Part shown: positions 17,239-25,870 of the stretch, one piece after another
Layout: each line of letters starts with the position of its first letter
Position numbering within the stretch: position 1 is the stretch's first letter
Source: a virus
Length of the DNA: 45,006 nt
Reading direction: 5' to 3' (one strand)
UHGV virus genome: UHGV-0250353
Program-made: the position numbers and the translations under genes
Notes under the pieces: model-generated
What the model was told of the DNA's origin: nothing
Database searches by the model: none
The model's input: only the letters and a program-made list of their open reading frames with translations

Positions 17239-18474
17239 TTAAAGTGCGAAACGAACTGGGGTATTGATAACAGGGCGGACAACAGGGAACAACCTATGCA
17301 TACAATAGCCTAAACTGTCATTCCAGTCGTCGATAGCTGGGTGAGTTTTAAACTTCTCCGGTTCACCATTATCGTTATACCCCTGCGTCTCTAGTGACTG
17401 CGTTAATTTAGGGCATTTTGAAGTGTTAATCCTCAAACGGCTATGTGACAAAAGCGCGTTAACCGCGTTTATTCTGTCTTTAACGAATGGGTTCTTACTT
17501 GGAGCGTTAACACGTAAGCCGGCCTTTTCGATGATACCTATGTCGGATAATGATGCATTAGTGTGGCCCGAGCGACCAGAGGCGTCAGGGTAAACCGTAA
17601 CCGTATGGCCCGGATACCGTATCCTGACATTATTGACGAAGTCGTCGGTATTATGGCTGACAAACTCATCAACAACCGTCGGGTTGCCGTCTTCAATAAC
17701 GCTCACGGTGGCGCAACAGCCGCCGATGTTAAAGTCCAACCCTATGTGCAGAGCGTCTCCATTCTGCAAGGTGCGGGTGGAGTCATGTGTGCTTCGTTTG
17801 AAATAGTGATACACCTTATTGGCCGTCAAACTGACAAATTCACCGTTGATATACATATCGGCCAAAGCCGCGTCGTAGTTCCTTCGTATCTGCTCGACGT
17901 AGCCTTCAGGTAAATATGGGTTCGACAATGTAGATGCCTTAATCAGTTCCGTAGAACTGTCGGCGTTAGTAACCCAATAGTCATACACAAATCCGGAGAA
18001 TCCCTGGTCAGGTGTAGTCACGGCGGCAATACTGTTCCCGCCCCTACACGGTTGTCGGGTACGCTCTGAAATCTTACGCCACACCAGAGACGCCTGTTCT
18101 TTAGTAAGCACGTCAAGTTCGTCTGCGACAGAATGCGCCACCTCAAAAGCGATTAGACGGTTCGGGTTGTCGTATGACCTGAAAAACATAGTACCGTAAC
18201 CTTTAACATGGATACTGTATTCTGATTTGTTGAGGTCATACTTAAGCCCCATCATATTCAGGTCATCAACCACACCGGGAATGGCACGCAGCTTCAACAG
18301 GTCATACGTGGGCATGGTGTACAGGGTGTTTATCCCTCGCTCTCGCAACATGAGATACAGGAGACGCATCGTGGCCGCGCGGGACTTGCCTGCCCCCAGT
18401 CCAGCGACAATAGCTGGATGTGTCTTTGTACTGAATACAAAGTCCTGTTGGGGTTCTGTTAATGGGATATCCAT
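17239..18474 (-). CDS. terminase large subunit
   Basis: Walker A GLGAGKS, Walker B VADELD, C-terminal nuclease-like half. Confidence 0.85.
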   Translation of the reverse strand: MDIPLTEPQQDFVFSTKTHPAIVAGLGAGKSRAATMRLLYLMLRERGINTLYTMPTYDLLKLRAIPGVVDDLNMMGLKYDLNKSEYSIHVKGYGTMFFRSYDNPNRLIAFEVAHSVADELDVLTKEQASLVWRKISERTRQPCRGGNSIAAVTTPDQGFSGFVYDYWVTNADSSTELIKASTLSNPYLPEGYVEQIRRNYDAALADMYINGEFVSLTANKVYHYFKRSTHDSTRTLQNGDALHIGLDFNIGGCCATVSVIEDGNPTVVDEFVSHNTDDFVNNVRIRYPGHTVTVYPDASGRSGHTNASLSDIGIIEKAGLRVNAPSKNPFVKDRINAVNALLSHSRLRINTSKCPKLTQSLETQGYNDNGEPEKFKTHPAIDDWNDSLGYCMHRLFPVVRPVINTPVRFAL

Positions 18475-19001
18475 TACTCGCCCCCCGGTTTAACAGCCTT
18501 AACGAAACGAATCTCGATAGGTTCAGAACCCTCGCCAGTCGATTCTTCTTTCTTATTCAGCCCCAGCTTCGCAGCGGCAAACGTAGCAGAGATGCCAGCA
18601 GCCCCTGTCTCAGTGAAATACGCCTCTTCCAGCGCCTGTGCTGTTTCATAGGCTTCTGCAAACGCGGGTATCTCACGCAGCCACAGCTTGATAATCGGGA
18701 TAGTGACGCCGATGTGTAGGGCAAAGCGGGCCAGTGACGGGGGTTTATCCTGAATAAGCGGGCGTTCGTCACCCTTAGACGTAGGTACGAGTTCCCACGA
18801 CGTGCGGTCGAAGAACTCGATTAACTCGTCGCAATAGTCCGGGTCCCACAACGCGGCGGAATTACGGGATGATTGATAAAGGCTCTGTTTACCGCGCGGT
18901 CGTTTACGGCGACGGTTTGCGCTAACAGCTTCTTCATGTGCAGCTTGCACCACCTCTGGCGATGGCTGCTTAAGTTTCAGCTTCATAGAATCCCCTTGCA
19001 T
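18474..19001 (-). CDS. terminase small subunit (putative)
   Basis: immediately upstream of and overlapping large subunit; ATG 19001 or 18986 preferred over GTG 19025 of ORF track. Confidence 0.55.
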   Translation of the reverse strand: MQGDSMKLKLKQPSPEVVQAAHEEAVSANRRRKRPRGKQSLYQSSRNSAALWDPDYCDELIEFFDRTSWELVPTSKGDERPLIQDKPPSLARFALHIGVTIPIIKLWLREIPAFAEAYETAQALEEAYFTETGAAGISATFAAAKLGLNKKEESTGEGSEPIEIRFVKAVKPGGE

Positions 19002-19205
19002 ATGCGTCTGACCATCAGAGCGCACCAGACGCGCCCTGCGCGTCTAAAGGGATTATATAAGGGGATTGGGCGGGATGTACAGAAAAGCCCTCCGTAGAGG
19101 ACTTGTATCAGTTATATAGGCCGTGTCGTGGTGCTCTTTTACCATCGCCGCCGTAATGGTCGTTAGCTACGGCGATAGCCCATGCGTTAGGCATGATTAA
19201 CAGTT

Positions 19206-19385
19206 TCATTTTAAGAATCTCAGCGCGGCGTCCGCGATACCGGACACCACTAGCCCGAAAAACATAGGCCACCAGATATATCTTGGCAGATTGGTAAATG
19301 TTTCGGGCTTAGTCCAGAAAGCCATTAAAAACGCGAGCCAAAACACCATATAACTAATGTTGCTAAGTAATTCTAAAATATTCAT
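19206..19385 (-). CDS. small membrane protein (59 aa, two hydrophobic segments)
   Basis: ATGA overlap with upstream gene; hand translation MNILELLSNISYMVFWLAFLMAFW...; below ORF-track cut-off. Confidence 0.4.
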   Translation of the reverse strand: MNILELLSNISYMVFWLAFLMAFWTKPETFTNLPRYIWWPMFFGLVVSGIADAALRFLK

Positions 19386-19618
19386 TCCCCGCTCTCCCCT
19401 TTAGCAATGCGTTGCTCAGTTTTAGTGATACCCCGGCGCGTGAATAACACCGGGCTGGTCTTAACGTGCGTCATCAGACGGTTGTTATAAATTACGTGGC
19501 GCTCGCAATCAACGTCTTTGCTGTACTTCGCAATCGTCATTTCGTTTATGCCAGTTTGCCGGCATGTCTCGGCCATCGTGCCGAATTCTTTAATCAGGTT
19601 CGGAATGCTGGTAATCAA
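19382..19618 (-). CDS. small HTH-like DNA-binding protein (putative)
   Basis: FGTMAETCRQTGINEMTIAKY HTH-like segment. Confidence 0.4.
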   Translation of the reverse strand: MITSIPNLIKEFGTMAETCRQTGINEMTIAKYSKDVDCERHVIYNNRLMTHVKTSPVLFTRRGITKTEQRIAKGESGE

Positions 19619-19896
19619 TTTGTCTCTCCTTTAGTGACAGTAATGTCTTTCTTATCCAGGTCTACAAAAATCGTATGTGCACCGCTTGTGTAAACGTGGC
19701 ACCGCGGGACTAGGCTTTCTGTGGTCCATAAAAACTCTTGCGGACGACCGGCACGCACTCTCCTAATTTCAAACTTGCCGTATTTAATGACAACCCCGTA
19801 GTTATGTGTTGCAGATGGGTTGCAGAATTTACTATAAACGGCTTCTTCTATCGCAGATTCAATATCAGTGAATCTCGAAGCAACAGTACGTGCCAT
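19615..19896 (-). CDS. hypothetical protein
   Basis: ORF track 93 aa, coupled to neighbours. Confidence 0.5.
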   Translation of the reverse strand: MARTVASRFTDIESAIEEAVYSKFCNPSATHNYGVVIKYGKFEIRRVRAGRPQEFLWTTESLVPRCHVYTSGAHTIFVDLDKKDITVTKGETN

Positions 19897-19899
19897 TAT

Positions 19900-20169
19900 T
19901 TACAACTCCACATACCCAACACCCCACATAACTAACATCCCGACCGCTACTCCAATCAGAATAGATACTGTCGTATTTGCCCATGTCCGCTGGCTACGCA
20001 AAGTCTCGGCGTTCTCCAGAATGTTGCGAACACGCGTTAAGTGTTCAATCTCCAGTTTCGCGGCTATCAGTTCCTGGGATGCTTTTGAATACTTGCCGTT
20101 AATCTTGTCCAACGCTTTTTTAAGGTCTTTGTTGTTCTTCTTGAGTTGCTCAATCTGTTCCATACTCAC
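19900..20169 (-). CDS. coiled-coil protein with C-terminal TM anchor
   Basis: ORF track 89 aa; hydrophobic C-terminus TTVSILIGVAVGMLVMWGVGY. Confidence 0.5.
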   Translation of the reverse strand: MSMEQIEQLKKNNKDLKKALDKINGKYSKASQELIAAKLEIEHLTRVRNILENAETLRSQRTWANTTVSILIGVAVGMLVMWGVGYVEL

Positions 20170-20372
20170 CCCACTATCTCATCGCCAAGCCACGCCGTTT
20201 CTCGTATATCGTCGACCACACACGCGGCGTGCTCACGGCTAATTGCAAAAATGTAGAAGCTGAACTTCTTCCCGTCGGCGTCGATGTGGTTAACCGCGTA
20301 AGGTTTCCACAGGACGCCATCAATCACTACTGGCTCAGGCGCTTTCATCTTCTTGCCCGACAAAATTGTCAT
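20166..20372 (-). CDS. hypothetical protein
   Basis: ORF track 68 aa. Confidence 0.45.
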   Translation of the reverse strand: MTILSGKKMKAPEPVVIDGVLWKPYAVNHIDADGKKFSFYIFAISREHAACVVDDIRETAWLGDEIVG

Positions 20373-20634
20373 ACAGCGGGATTATTACGTCAGCCCCGTC
20401 CTTTGAAGCTGCGGTTGCCGTGTTGTAATAAGCCAGAGAAGAACTGTCGTCACCGACGAACAACCCAGCATACACGTTCGGTTCTTGCGTCTTAATAGCC
20501 AGTAGCTCTTTAAACGCCTTCAGCTGAAACTCACCGTTAATTGACAGTTGCCCGCCTAACGTCTGTTTCTCCGACTCTAGCACCAGAATACGGCGCTCAA
20601 GTGATGCGATTGTAATTTTAGGCATTGGTGTCAC
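20335..20634 (-). CDS. hypothetical protein
   Basis: ORF track 99 aa. Confidence 0.45.
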   Translation of the reverse strand: MTPMPKITIASLERRILVLESEKQTLGGQLSINGEFQLKAFKELLAIKTQEPNVYAGLFVGDDSSSLAYYNTATAASKDGADVIIPLYDNFVGQEDESA

Positions 20635-20803
20635 CTTTGTTCAGATTGAAGCGGTTAATCAGTTCACGGCGTGTCTCGTAAAGCGACTCAACCATTTGCT
20701 CGGCTACAGCGATTTTGGTATTCAGGACGTGCATCACGTGGCCGATGTCTACGCCGCCGTTAACAGCCTCTACCATCATCTTTTCGTATTCACGGTCGGT
20801 CAT
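20618..20803 (-). CDS. hypothetical protein
   Basis: ORF track 61 aa. Confidence 0.45.
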   Translation of the reverse strand: MTDREYEKMMVEAVNGGVDIGHVMHVLNTKIAVAEQMVESLYETRRELINRFNLNKGDTNA

Positions 20804-20958
20804 TCTTTACGCTCTCCCCACATGCGATTGAGATACTTGTTCTTGTCCGGCCCAGGGAAACTGTTACGTTTCATCAGTTCCTCGCGTGTAGGGAACGGGG
20901 TGTTACTTACTTTACTGCCTACTCGTAATGGTTGGCTTACTTGACCTTGTTCGCTCAT
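20800..20958 (-). CDS. small hypothetical protein (52 aa)
   Basis: ATG 20958 with GGAGAGAAG RBS; ATGA overlaps at both ends; hand translation. Confidence 0.4.
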   Translation of the reverse strand: MSEQGQVSQPLRVGSKVSNTPFPTREELMKRNSFPGPDKNKYLNRMWGERKE

Positions 20959-21104
20959 TTCTTCTCTCCTGCGTAAGCTGCTTTCAGTGTTTGCATCGCA
21001 GCGAACCAGAACGCGTCAGCGGGGATACTGCTACTAAGGTTACTAACGGCGATACGTGCCATCAGTTGTGCGTCTTTGAATGCTTCGATATCTGTGATTT
21101 TCAT
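20955..21104 (-). CDS. small hypothetical protein (49 aa)
   Basis: ATG 21104 with GGAGTAGAGAAG RBS; first gene after promoter 21134..21162. Confidence 0.4.
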   Translation of the reverse strand: MKITDIEAFKDAQLMARIAVSNLSSSIPADAFWFAAMQTLKAAYAGEKK

Positions 21105-21133
21105 CTTCTCTACTCCGTTCTCGTTCTCGTTGT

Positions 21134-21162
21134 CGATGAAGTAAATATAATAGGGTCTACGG
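21134..21162 (-). promoter_or_regulatory. sigma70-like promoter TTGACT-N17-TATATT
   Basis: hexamers read on minus strand, just downstream of tandem terminators. Confidence 0.45.
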
Positions 21163-21184
21163 TAATAGTCAACTAGTCATTACA

Positions 21185-21215
21185 GAAAATAGATAAAAAA
21201 AATCCCGGCTGGGTC
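21185..21215 (-). terminator. intrinsic terminator TCCCGGC...GCCGGGA with U8 on minus RNA
   Basis: 7-bp stem plus A8 run on plus strand. Confidence 0.6.
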
Positions 21216-21289
21216 AGGGCCGGGATAAAACTGGAGAGTAGAGGGATGAAGCAGGAGGTGATTTAAGTATCGTCGGATTAGTCTTAGGT

Positions 21290-21319
21290 GTCAATTGGTA
21301 AAATAAAACCCGGATTCGC
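21290..21319 (-). terminator. intrinsic terminator AACCCGGA...TCCGGGTT
   Basis: 8-bp stem, A/T-rich flank; tandem with 21185..21215 after endolysin. Confidence 0.5.
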
Positions 21320-21457
21320 GGTCCGGGTTTCGGTCATAAGCCCCTGAACCCTACGCAGTCTCCACCGCTTGGGCTGCTGCTTCAGGTTTACCAGGGCTTA
21401 GTATGCAAGCACAAGCAGCGTGGAAGTAATTTTACTAAATGCCTTCGTATTCGTCCA

Positions 21458-21943
21458 TCATTTAACGGCTCTCCCAATAGCCTCAGCCTCTTGCCACGGT
21501 TTACCGTCGAACAGCGCCAGACGCCCGGCTGCACGGCGACGCAGGCCGAGTAATGGTTTGCCGTTCTGGTTGATGAACAGCGCCAGCTTGGCACGCAGTG
21601 TTGCAATATCACCTGAGCGCAGCGCCTTACCCGTGCCAGTAGTAGCCGCAATCACACCAGCACCCGCGTTGTAGACCAGGTCACACACAGCGTCGAACTG
21701 CGCCTGTGTCAGTGAATGGTGCGCCACCGAATCCACCGCAGCTACGGCCTTAGCCATATCGCGATTAAGTAACAGGAGGCCTTGTCCCGGTGTGATGGTC
21801 TTGCCTGGAGTCACGTCCGGCCCGTAGTGGCCGTAGCCAATAGTAAGGTACTTCTCATTCGGCGTAGCACGATACGCAGTTCCGCGGAATCCCTCGAACG
21901 CAGCACAGAAATGCAATCCATTATCTGAAATATTTCGAGACAC
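21458..21943 (-). CDS. endolysin, T4/P22-type lysozyme (GH24-like)
   Basis: ISDNGLHFCAAFEGFRG...YLTIGYGHYG matches phage lysozyme N-terminal catalytic region; GTG 21943 with GGAGGA RBS preferred over TTG 21994. Confidence 0.75.
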   Translation of the reverse strand: MSRNISDNGLHFCAAFEGFRGTAYRATPNEKYLTIGYGHYGPDVTPGKTITPGQGLLLLNRDMAKAVAAVDSVAHHSLTQAQFDAVCDLVYNAGAGVIAATTGTGKALRSGDIATLRAKLALFINQNGKPLLGLRRRAAGRLALFDGKPWQEAEAIGRAVK

Positions 21944-22193
21944 GCTTATGTCCTCCGTATGACAGCCACGCCTGACGAATCTGGCGCAGCGCAACTAATG
22001 TGATTAATGTCTCAGGCAGCGTAGGTGACATGCTGCCCTGTAACAGGTGGATGCATCCGGCGGCGCAGACGATAGCAGTCAGGATATAGAGCACCCGGCC
22101 AAATAATCCGTCGTCCACGCTGGGGTGATACACATTAAACAGCGATGCGCCCCCGATGGCCAGCATACCGCCGAACCAGAATAACTCATTCAT
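21921..22193 (-). CDS. holin/antiholin-like membrane protein
   Basis: 90 aa with two hydrophobic helices, between holin and endolysin. Confidence 0.5.
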   Translation of the reverse strand: MNELFWFGGMLAIGGASLFNVYHPSVDDGLFGRVLYILTAIVCAAGCIHLLQGSMSPTLPETLITLVALRQIRQAWLSYGGHKRVSKYFR

Positions 22194-22494
22194 CCGGGCC
22201 TCCTCGACGTGAGATGTATTCCCCGGCGACGATACCGGAGAGGCGGGAATAGATGGGCATCCAGAGAATGGCGATGATGAATCCGAGGCCAGCTATCTCT
22301 CGCTCCCCAGTAATGCCAAACCATTGCGCGGCAAGAGGTGCACCAAACACGGCACAGGTGAAGCCGGTTGCAATAAAGCAGAAGCCGTCAATGGGGCCAG
22401 AAATAACGGACTTATGTTGTCGTAGTCCGATTACCCCTCCGGCTAGCGCGGCAGCGAGAAGCCAGCCCGTCACTGTTTCAGTAAATTTATCCAA
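22186..22494 (-). CDS. holin (putative, three TM segments)
   Basis: 102 aa, three hydrophobic segments, TTG start with GGAGGA RBS, heads lysis cassette. Confidence 0.55.
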   Translation of the reverse strand: MDKFTETVTGWLLAAALAGGVIGLRQHKSVISGPIDGFCFIATGFTCAVFGAPLAAQWFGITGEREIAGLGFIIAILWMPIYSRLSGIVAGEYISRRGGPDE

Positions 22495-22553
22495 GATGAA
22501 TCCTCCAGGTGCGTATTAAGTATGCAGTAACTGGAGGATACCACGGGTAGGAA

Positions 22554-22994
22554 TTATCCTAATAGTTGTTTGGTAATAATCTTGCCGCCGGTGTTGGTGT
22601 CGAACTTCGATGCAACAGCTACGCCGCCATGTGCTGAATAACCACATTCCATAGCCGCCAGTGCATAAGGAGAGCCGGACCCAACGGCGGCAAAACCGTC
22701 TGCAATAGGGATAACAGAGCTTAGTGCACAATCCCATGATTTATAGAACGCGACTTTATACACCTTTTCTGTGTCTTTCACGAACACAAGGGCTTCGAAA
22801 TCGAAGTCGTATGATTTTGGATTAAGTACGCCATTATCACGGATTAGCATAACCCCAACTCCTGCGTCCCCGGCTACCCCAATTATGAAATGGTCATTCT
22901 CGTATATCTTTGTGTCTGTGTTGTAACAGTTACTCCCGCACACAACACAGGTGTCACAGGCCATTGTCTTTCCGTCAAACGCGATAGTCGTCAT
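22554..22994 (-). CDS. HslV/proteasome-like Ntn-hydrolase peptidase
   Basis: MTTIAFDGK N-terminus (Thr after Met), K...IIGVAGD, GSGSPYALAAM aligning by eye to HslV motifs; GGAG RBS. Confidence 0.6.
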   Translation of the reverse strand: MTTIAFDGKTMACDTCVVCGSNCYNTDTKIYENDHFIIGVAGDAGVGVMLIRDNGVLNPKSYDFDFEALVFVKDTEKVYKVAFYKSWDCALSSVIPIADGFAAVGSGSPYALAAMECGYSAHGGVAVASKFDTNTGGKIITKQLLG

Positions 22995-23284
22995 TTATGT
23001 CTCCAGATGTATTGTCGTCTCTGTGGTTTCGTCGGGATATCTTCATACCCCAGCGATTTCCAGTAATTAAATAACCGGTTAGCGATTGCTGCGCGTTCCT
23101 GTGTTTTAAACTCACCCAGGTTAACTGCCTTCCCGTTCTGGAACCCACAGGCGCGGATAGCTTTGCGCCTGGCCTGAATCTCCGGGTACAGCGCGTTACG
23201 GCGGCGCTTGTGTATTCGGGCGGTTGCTCTCGGTGACAGCGGCACGAGGCCGCTTCGTTTCAGGATGTCAGTTGCCCGGCTCAT
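22991..23284 (-). CDS. hypothetical basic protein with AP2-like segment
   Basis: ATG 23284 (ATGA overlap) preferred; GKAVNLGEFKTQERAAIA resembles AP2-type DNA-binding pattern. Confidence 0.4.
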   Translation of the reverse strand: MSRATDILKRSGLVPLSPRATARIHKRRRNALYPEIQARRKAIRACGFQNGKAVNLGEFKTQERAAIANRLFNYWKSLGYEDIPTKPQRRQYIWRHK

Positions 23285-23580
23285 GCCATCCTCCCACATT
23301 TCGAGCATGTCTGGAAGTCGTCCACATCGTGCATAACCCACTCATGCTTGCATACCTGCGCATCCTCTTTACGGCAACCGGACTGCCCCGTAACATCTTC
23401 AACCCCTTCCACGTGTGTAACGGCCCCACAGTTCACGCACTCGACATAATCCGGGAACTGGTCTTTGTATTTCTGTAACTCGGCTTCGAGCGCCATTAAA
23501 TCAGAGTACCGCACGCGCACATACTCGCCGCTATATTGGGCCTCCGGCGACAGTGTACGCCAGTCGAATAGTTTAATCAT
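23281..23580 (-). CDS. zinc-ribbon protein (paralogous C-terminal module)
   Basis: ATG 23580 with GGAGG RBS; C-terminus CRKEDAQVCKHEWV...CSKCG shared with 24020..24589. Confidence 0.5.
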   Translation of the reverse strand: MIKLFDWRTLSPEAQYSGEYVRVRYSDLMALEAELQKYKDQFPDYVECVNCGAVTHVEGVEDVTGQSGCRKEDAQVCKHEWVMHDVDDFQTCSKCGRMA

Positions 23581-23818
23581 CACCGCGCCTCCGTAAATCG
23601 CGAAGCGCAATAATCCCGTCTAACATTCCGATGGCGTGGTCGACTGTGAAATCCTCATCCTCACAAAGATTCCGCAGATGTAATACGGCCTTGACCAATT
23701 TATGGTAATCCTCTGTGTAACAAAGCTCGCCCTCTTCCGCGCGCTGTTCGTTTAACTGAAATAGCGTTGCGCCAGGTACAGTACCAAGCGGAACAGCATT
23801 AAAAGTACGAATAGTCAT
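23573..23818 (-). CDS. hypothetical protein
   Basis: ATG 23818 with AGGAG RBS preferred over upstream start of ORF track. Confidence 0.45.
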   Translation of the reverse strand: MTIRTFNAVPLGTVPGATLFQLNEQRAEEGELCYTEDYHKLVKAVLHLRNLCEDEDFTVDHAIGMLDGIIALRDLRRRGDD

Positions 23819-23819
23819 G

Positions 23820-24023
23820 TTATTTCTCCTGTTTACCAAGTCGCTTAGGTGAGCAAATAGCGCGTACCTCTGAATCGTTGGGCTTGTCACCCTGGAACAG
23901 GAAGTGCGCGTTCTCTGCGGCGCGTGCCGCTGACTGGCACGCCTCCATCGAGTAAAACGTTTCCGATGTCGCCAGGTGCATCTGGCCTGCGGACAGTACC
24001 CATATAAATAAGATGCTGGTCAT
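23820..24023 (-). CDS. small protein with N-terminal hydrophobic/signal-like segment
   Basis: ORF track 67 aa; MTSILFIWVLSAGQMHLA. Confidence 0.45.
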   Translation of the reverse strand: MTSILFIWVLSAGQMHLATSETFYSMEACQSAARAAENAHFLFQGDKPNDSEVRAICSPKRLGKQEK

Positions 24024-24589
24024 TTCAGTTTAGCCCCGCAATCAAGACACTTTTTAGTAAAACCCGGCGCAAAGCCTTTGCGCAAACCGACGGTATTAGC
24101 GTGTTGGCAATCGCTCGATTCCGATTCTTGCTTACCGCATTTAGCGCAAATGAAGTAGTCCCCTTTTTCATCTAGCACCCAATCATGCTCGCATTCCTGA
24201 GTATCTTCCTTACGGCAATCAGATTGCTCAGGTTCATGCGGAAACTTATTAGCTAGAACGGATACCTGCCTACCGAGTAAATTAAGCGCTTTCTGCAGCT
24301 CTGTCTCCCGCGCCGACGCATCGCGTAACTGATTCTTAAGTGACTGCAACTCATGCGCCAGGTCTTCGCACTGGTTGTTATTTACCTGCTGACGTAAACT
24401 GTCTTTCAGCGCTCGTATTTCGTCGTCCTTACCGGCGATATGCTGCTGTAGGTTGTGAATTACCTGCTTGACCTCATCAAGGTCGGATATCCGCACAGAC
24501 ACATCGAAAGATGTGACATCTTTCTTATTTACCTGCTGCCGTAGCTGGTCAATCAGGTACTCGAATACTACATCATTTGCGTTCTGCAT
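24020..24589 (-). CDS. coiled-coil protein with C-terminal zinc-ribbon module
   Basis: 189 aa; CRKEDTQECEHDWV...CAKCG and CLDCG motifs. Confidence 0.55.
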   Translation of the reverse strand: MQNANDVVFEYLIDQLRQQVNKKDVTSFDVSVRISDLDEVKQVIHNLQQHIAGKDDEIRALKDSLRQQVNNNQCEDLAHELQSLKNQLRDASARETELQKALNLLGRQVSVLANKFPHEPEQSDCRKEDTQECEHDWVLDEKGDYFICAKCGKQESESSDCQHANTVGLRKGFAPGFTKKCLDCGAKLK

Positions 24590-24745
24590 TTTTAGCCTCT
24601 CTGTTCATAAGTTCCAGTAATAACCTAGCTGTTTGGCGCTCACGGGTGTTTCTCGGTGACGAGGCGTAGAACTCTAGCACCTCGCGTGATGGTTCTTGTG
24701 CGGTTTTACTGTTCACTCTGTCTCTCCACTCGTTGGTGTAAATGA

Positions 24746-24774
24746 ATAGTAGCCTATTCTATCTCAGTGTGCAA
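24746..24774 (-). promoter_or_regulatory. sigma70-like promoter TTGCAC-N17-TACTAT with operator GAATAGtagcCTATTC (24744..24759)
   Basis: read on minus strand; identical architecture to 26253..26281 and 4670..4698. Confidence 0.45.
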
Positions 24775-24781
24775 GTAAATT

Positions 24782-24955
24782 TTATTGGCGTGTTATAGAA
24801 TCTATGAACGACAGTAACGCGCGCTCCGCTTCTGCTTCTCTTTCTTCAAGCGACCAGGTAGCGGATTCCTCTGTTGCCGTTGCTATATCTGTTTTCACAT
24901 CAATCATCGTGTTGATTAACGCGATTAGTCGTTCGGCCTGTTCTTTAGTAATCAT
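24782..24955 (-). CDS. small hypothetical protein (57 aa)
   Basis: ATG 24955 with GGAG RBS; hand translation MITKEQAERLIALINTMIDV...; antisense to ORF-track ORF 24804..25016. Confidence 0.4.
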   Translation of the reverse strand: MITKEQAERLIALINTMIDVKTDIATATEESATWSLEEREAEAERALLSFIDSITRQ

Positions 24956-25080
24956 TGTTGCATCTCCTGCAATAGTCGCTTCTATTGTTGCGTTTGGTGA
25001 AATAGAACAAAAATGAGAAAAATGATACGCTGCTGTGTAGCAGCGTAAGTCACAAAGCCAAATAGTAACCTATTGACCTG

Positions 25081-25290
25081 TTACACCAGCGATGGTGGCT
25101 CGGGTAACGGCATCCGGTGAGTTACATTAGCTTCATCGTAATAGGATGAGTCATACGAATGAATCTCCCAACTAACATAATCTCCATATCGGAGATAGTA
25201 CCCCTCGTGGACTTGTCTTAAGTCGTCGTAAACAAGTACGTCCTCGCCTTCTTCCGGCATCCGCTCACTACACTTAATCCACTCACCCAT
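25081..25290 (-). CDS. hypothetical acidic protein
   Basis: ORF track 69 aa. Confidence 0.45.
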   Translation of the reverse strand: MGEWIKCSERMPEEGEDVLVYDDLRQVHEGYYLRYGDYVSWEIHSYDSSYYDEANVTHRMPLPEPPSLV

Positions 25291-25293
25291 ATC

Positions 25294-25437
25294 TCACCTC
25301 GGATTTGCAACAGACAACACACCAGCTTTCCACGCCCGCCACGCGAGACGAGTCTTAACGTTCAGGTACTCTTTCTTCGAACCCTTATTAACCGGCAGAC
25401 CCTCGACGACGGCCCACCGTTCGAATGCTTCTCTCAT
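25294..25437 (-). CDS. small hypothetical protein (47 aa)
   Basis: ATG 25437 two codons after upstream stop; hand translation MREAFERWAVVEGLPVNKGSKKEY... Confidence 0.35.
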   Translation of the reverse strand: MREAFERWAVVEGLPVNKGSKKEYLNVKTRLAWRAWKAGVLSVANPR

Positions 25438-25440
25438 AAC

Positions 25441-25686
25441 TTAGTCCTCATCATCTTCTAAGTCGGGGTACACTATGAAATCGCCAAGCCTTTGCAACTC
25501 TGCACCTGCCATAAAATAACCAAGTGCTTCGGCTCTTTCGGAATCTGTTTTAAACTCAGACAGAGGATATCTTTCGTAGAACTTGTTAATTAATAGCGCA
25601 TGGTCAAACTTAGTTGCATCATAATTTTTCATAACTAATAACTCCGATAACTTTAGATTTCTCGCGCCGGGTGCAACCATGCTCAA
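25441..25686 (-). CDS. hypothetical protein
   Basis: ORF track 81 aa. Confidence 0.5.
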   Translation of the reverse strand: MSMVAPGARNLKLSELLVMKNYDATKFDHALLINKFYERYPLSEFKTDSERAEALGYFMAGAELQRLGDFIVYPDLEDDED

Positions 25687-25870
25687 TGTAGTAGCGCGCC
25701 TGCTTGACGCTTTCGCAACGCGTCAACGTAACCCACCAGAACAACCCGACCCTCACCTGCACGGCGGGTGTAATTCGTTTCTCACCGAAGGCGGTAACCC
25801 ACTCTTCGCTAACTATGCGGTATTTACTTAACACGGCAACCTCCCTCAGAGTCGTCGGCACGAGCATCAT
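25619..25870 (-). CDS. hypothetical protein (true start uncertain)
   Basis: ORF track 83 aa; overlaps both neighbours substantially. Confidence 0.35.
   Translation of the reverse strand: MMLVPTTLREVAVLSKYRIVSEEWVTAFGEKRITPAVQVRVGLFWWVTLTRCESVKQARYYIEHGCTRREKSKVIGVISYEKL

Noticed and set aside
24804-25016. 70-aa plus-strand ORF in the early region
   Set aside because: Low-complexity Ser/Ala/Val translation; the opposite strand carries a 57-aa ORF (24782..24955) with RBS that fits the surrounding minus-strand operon.
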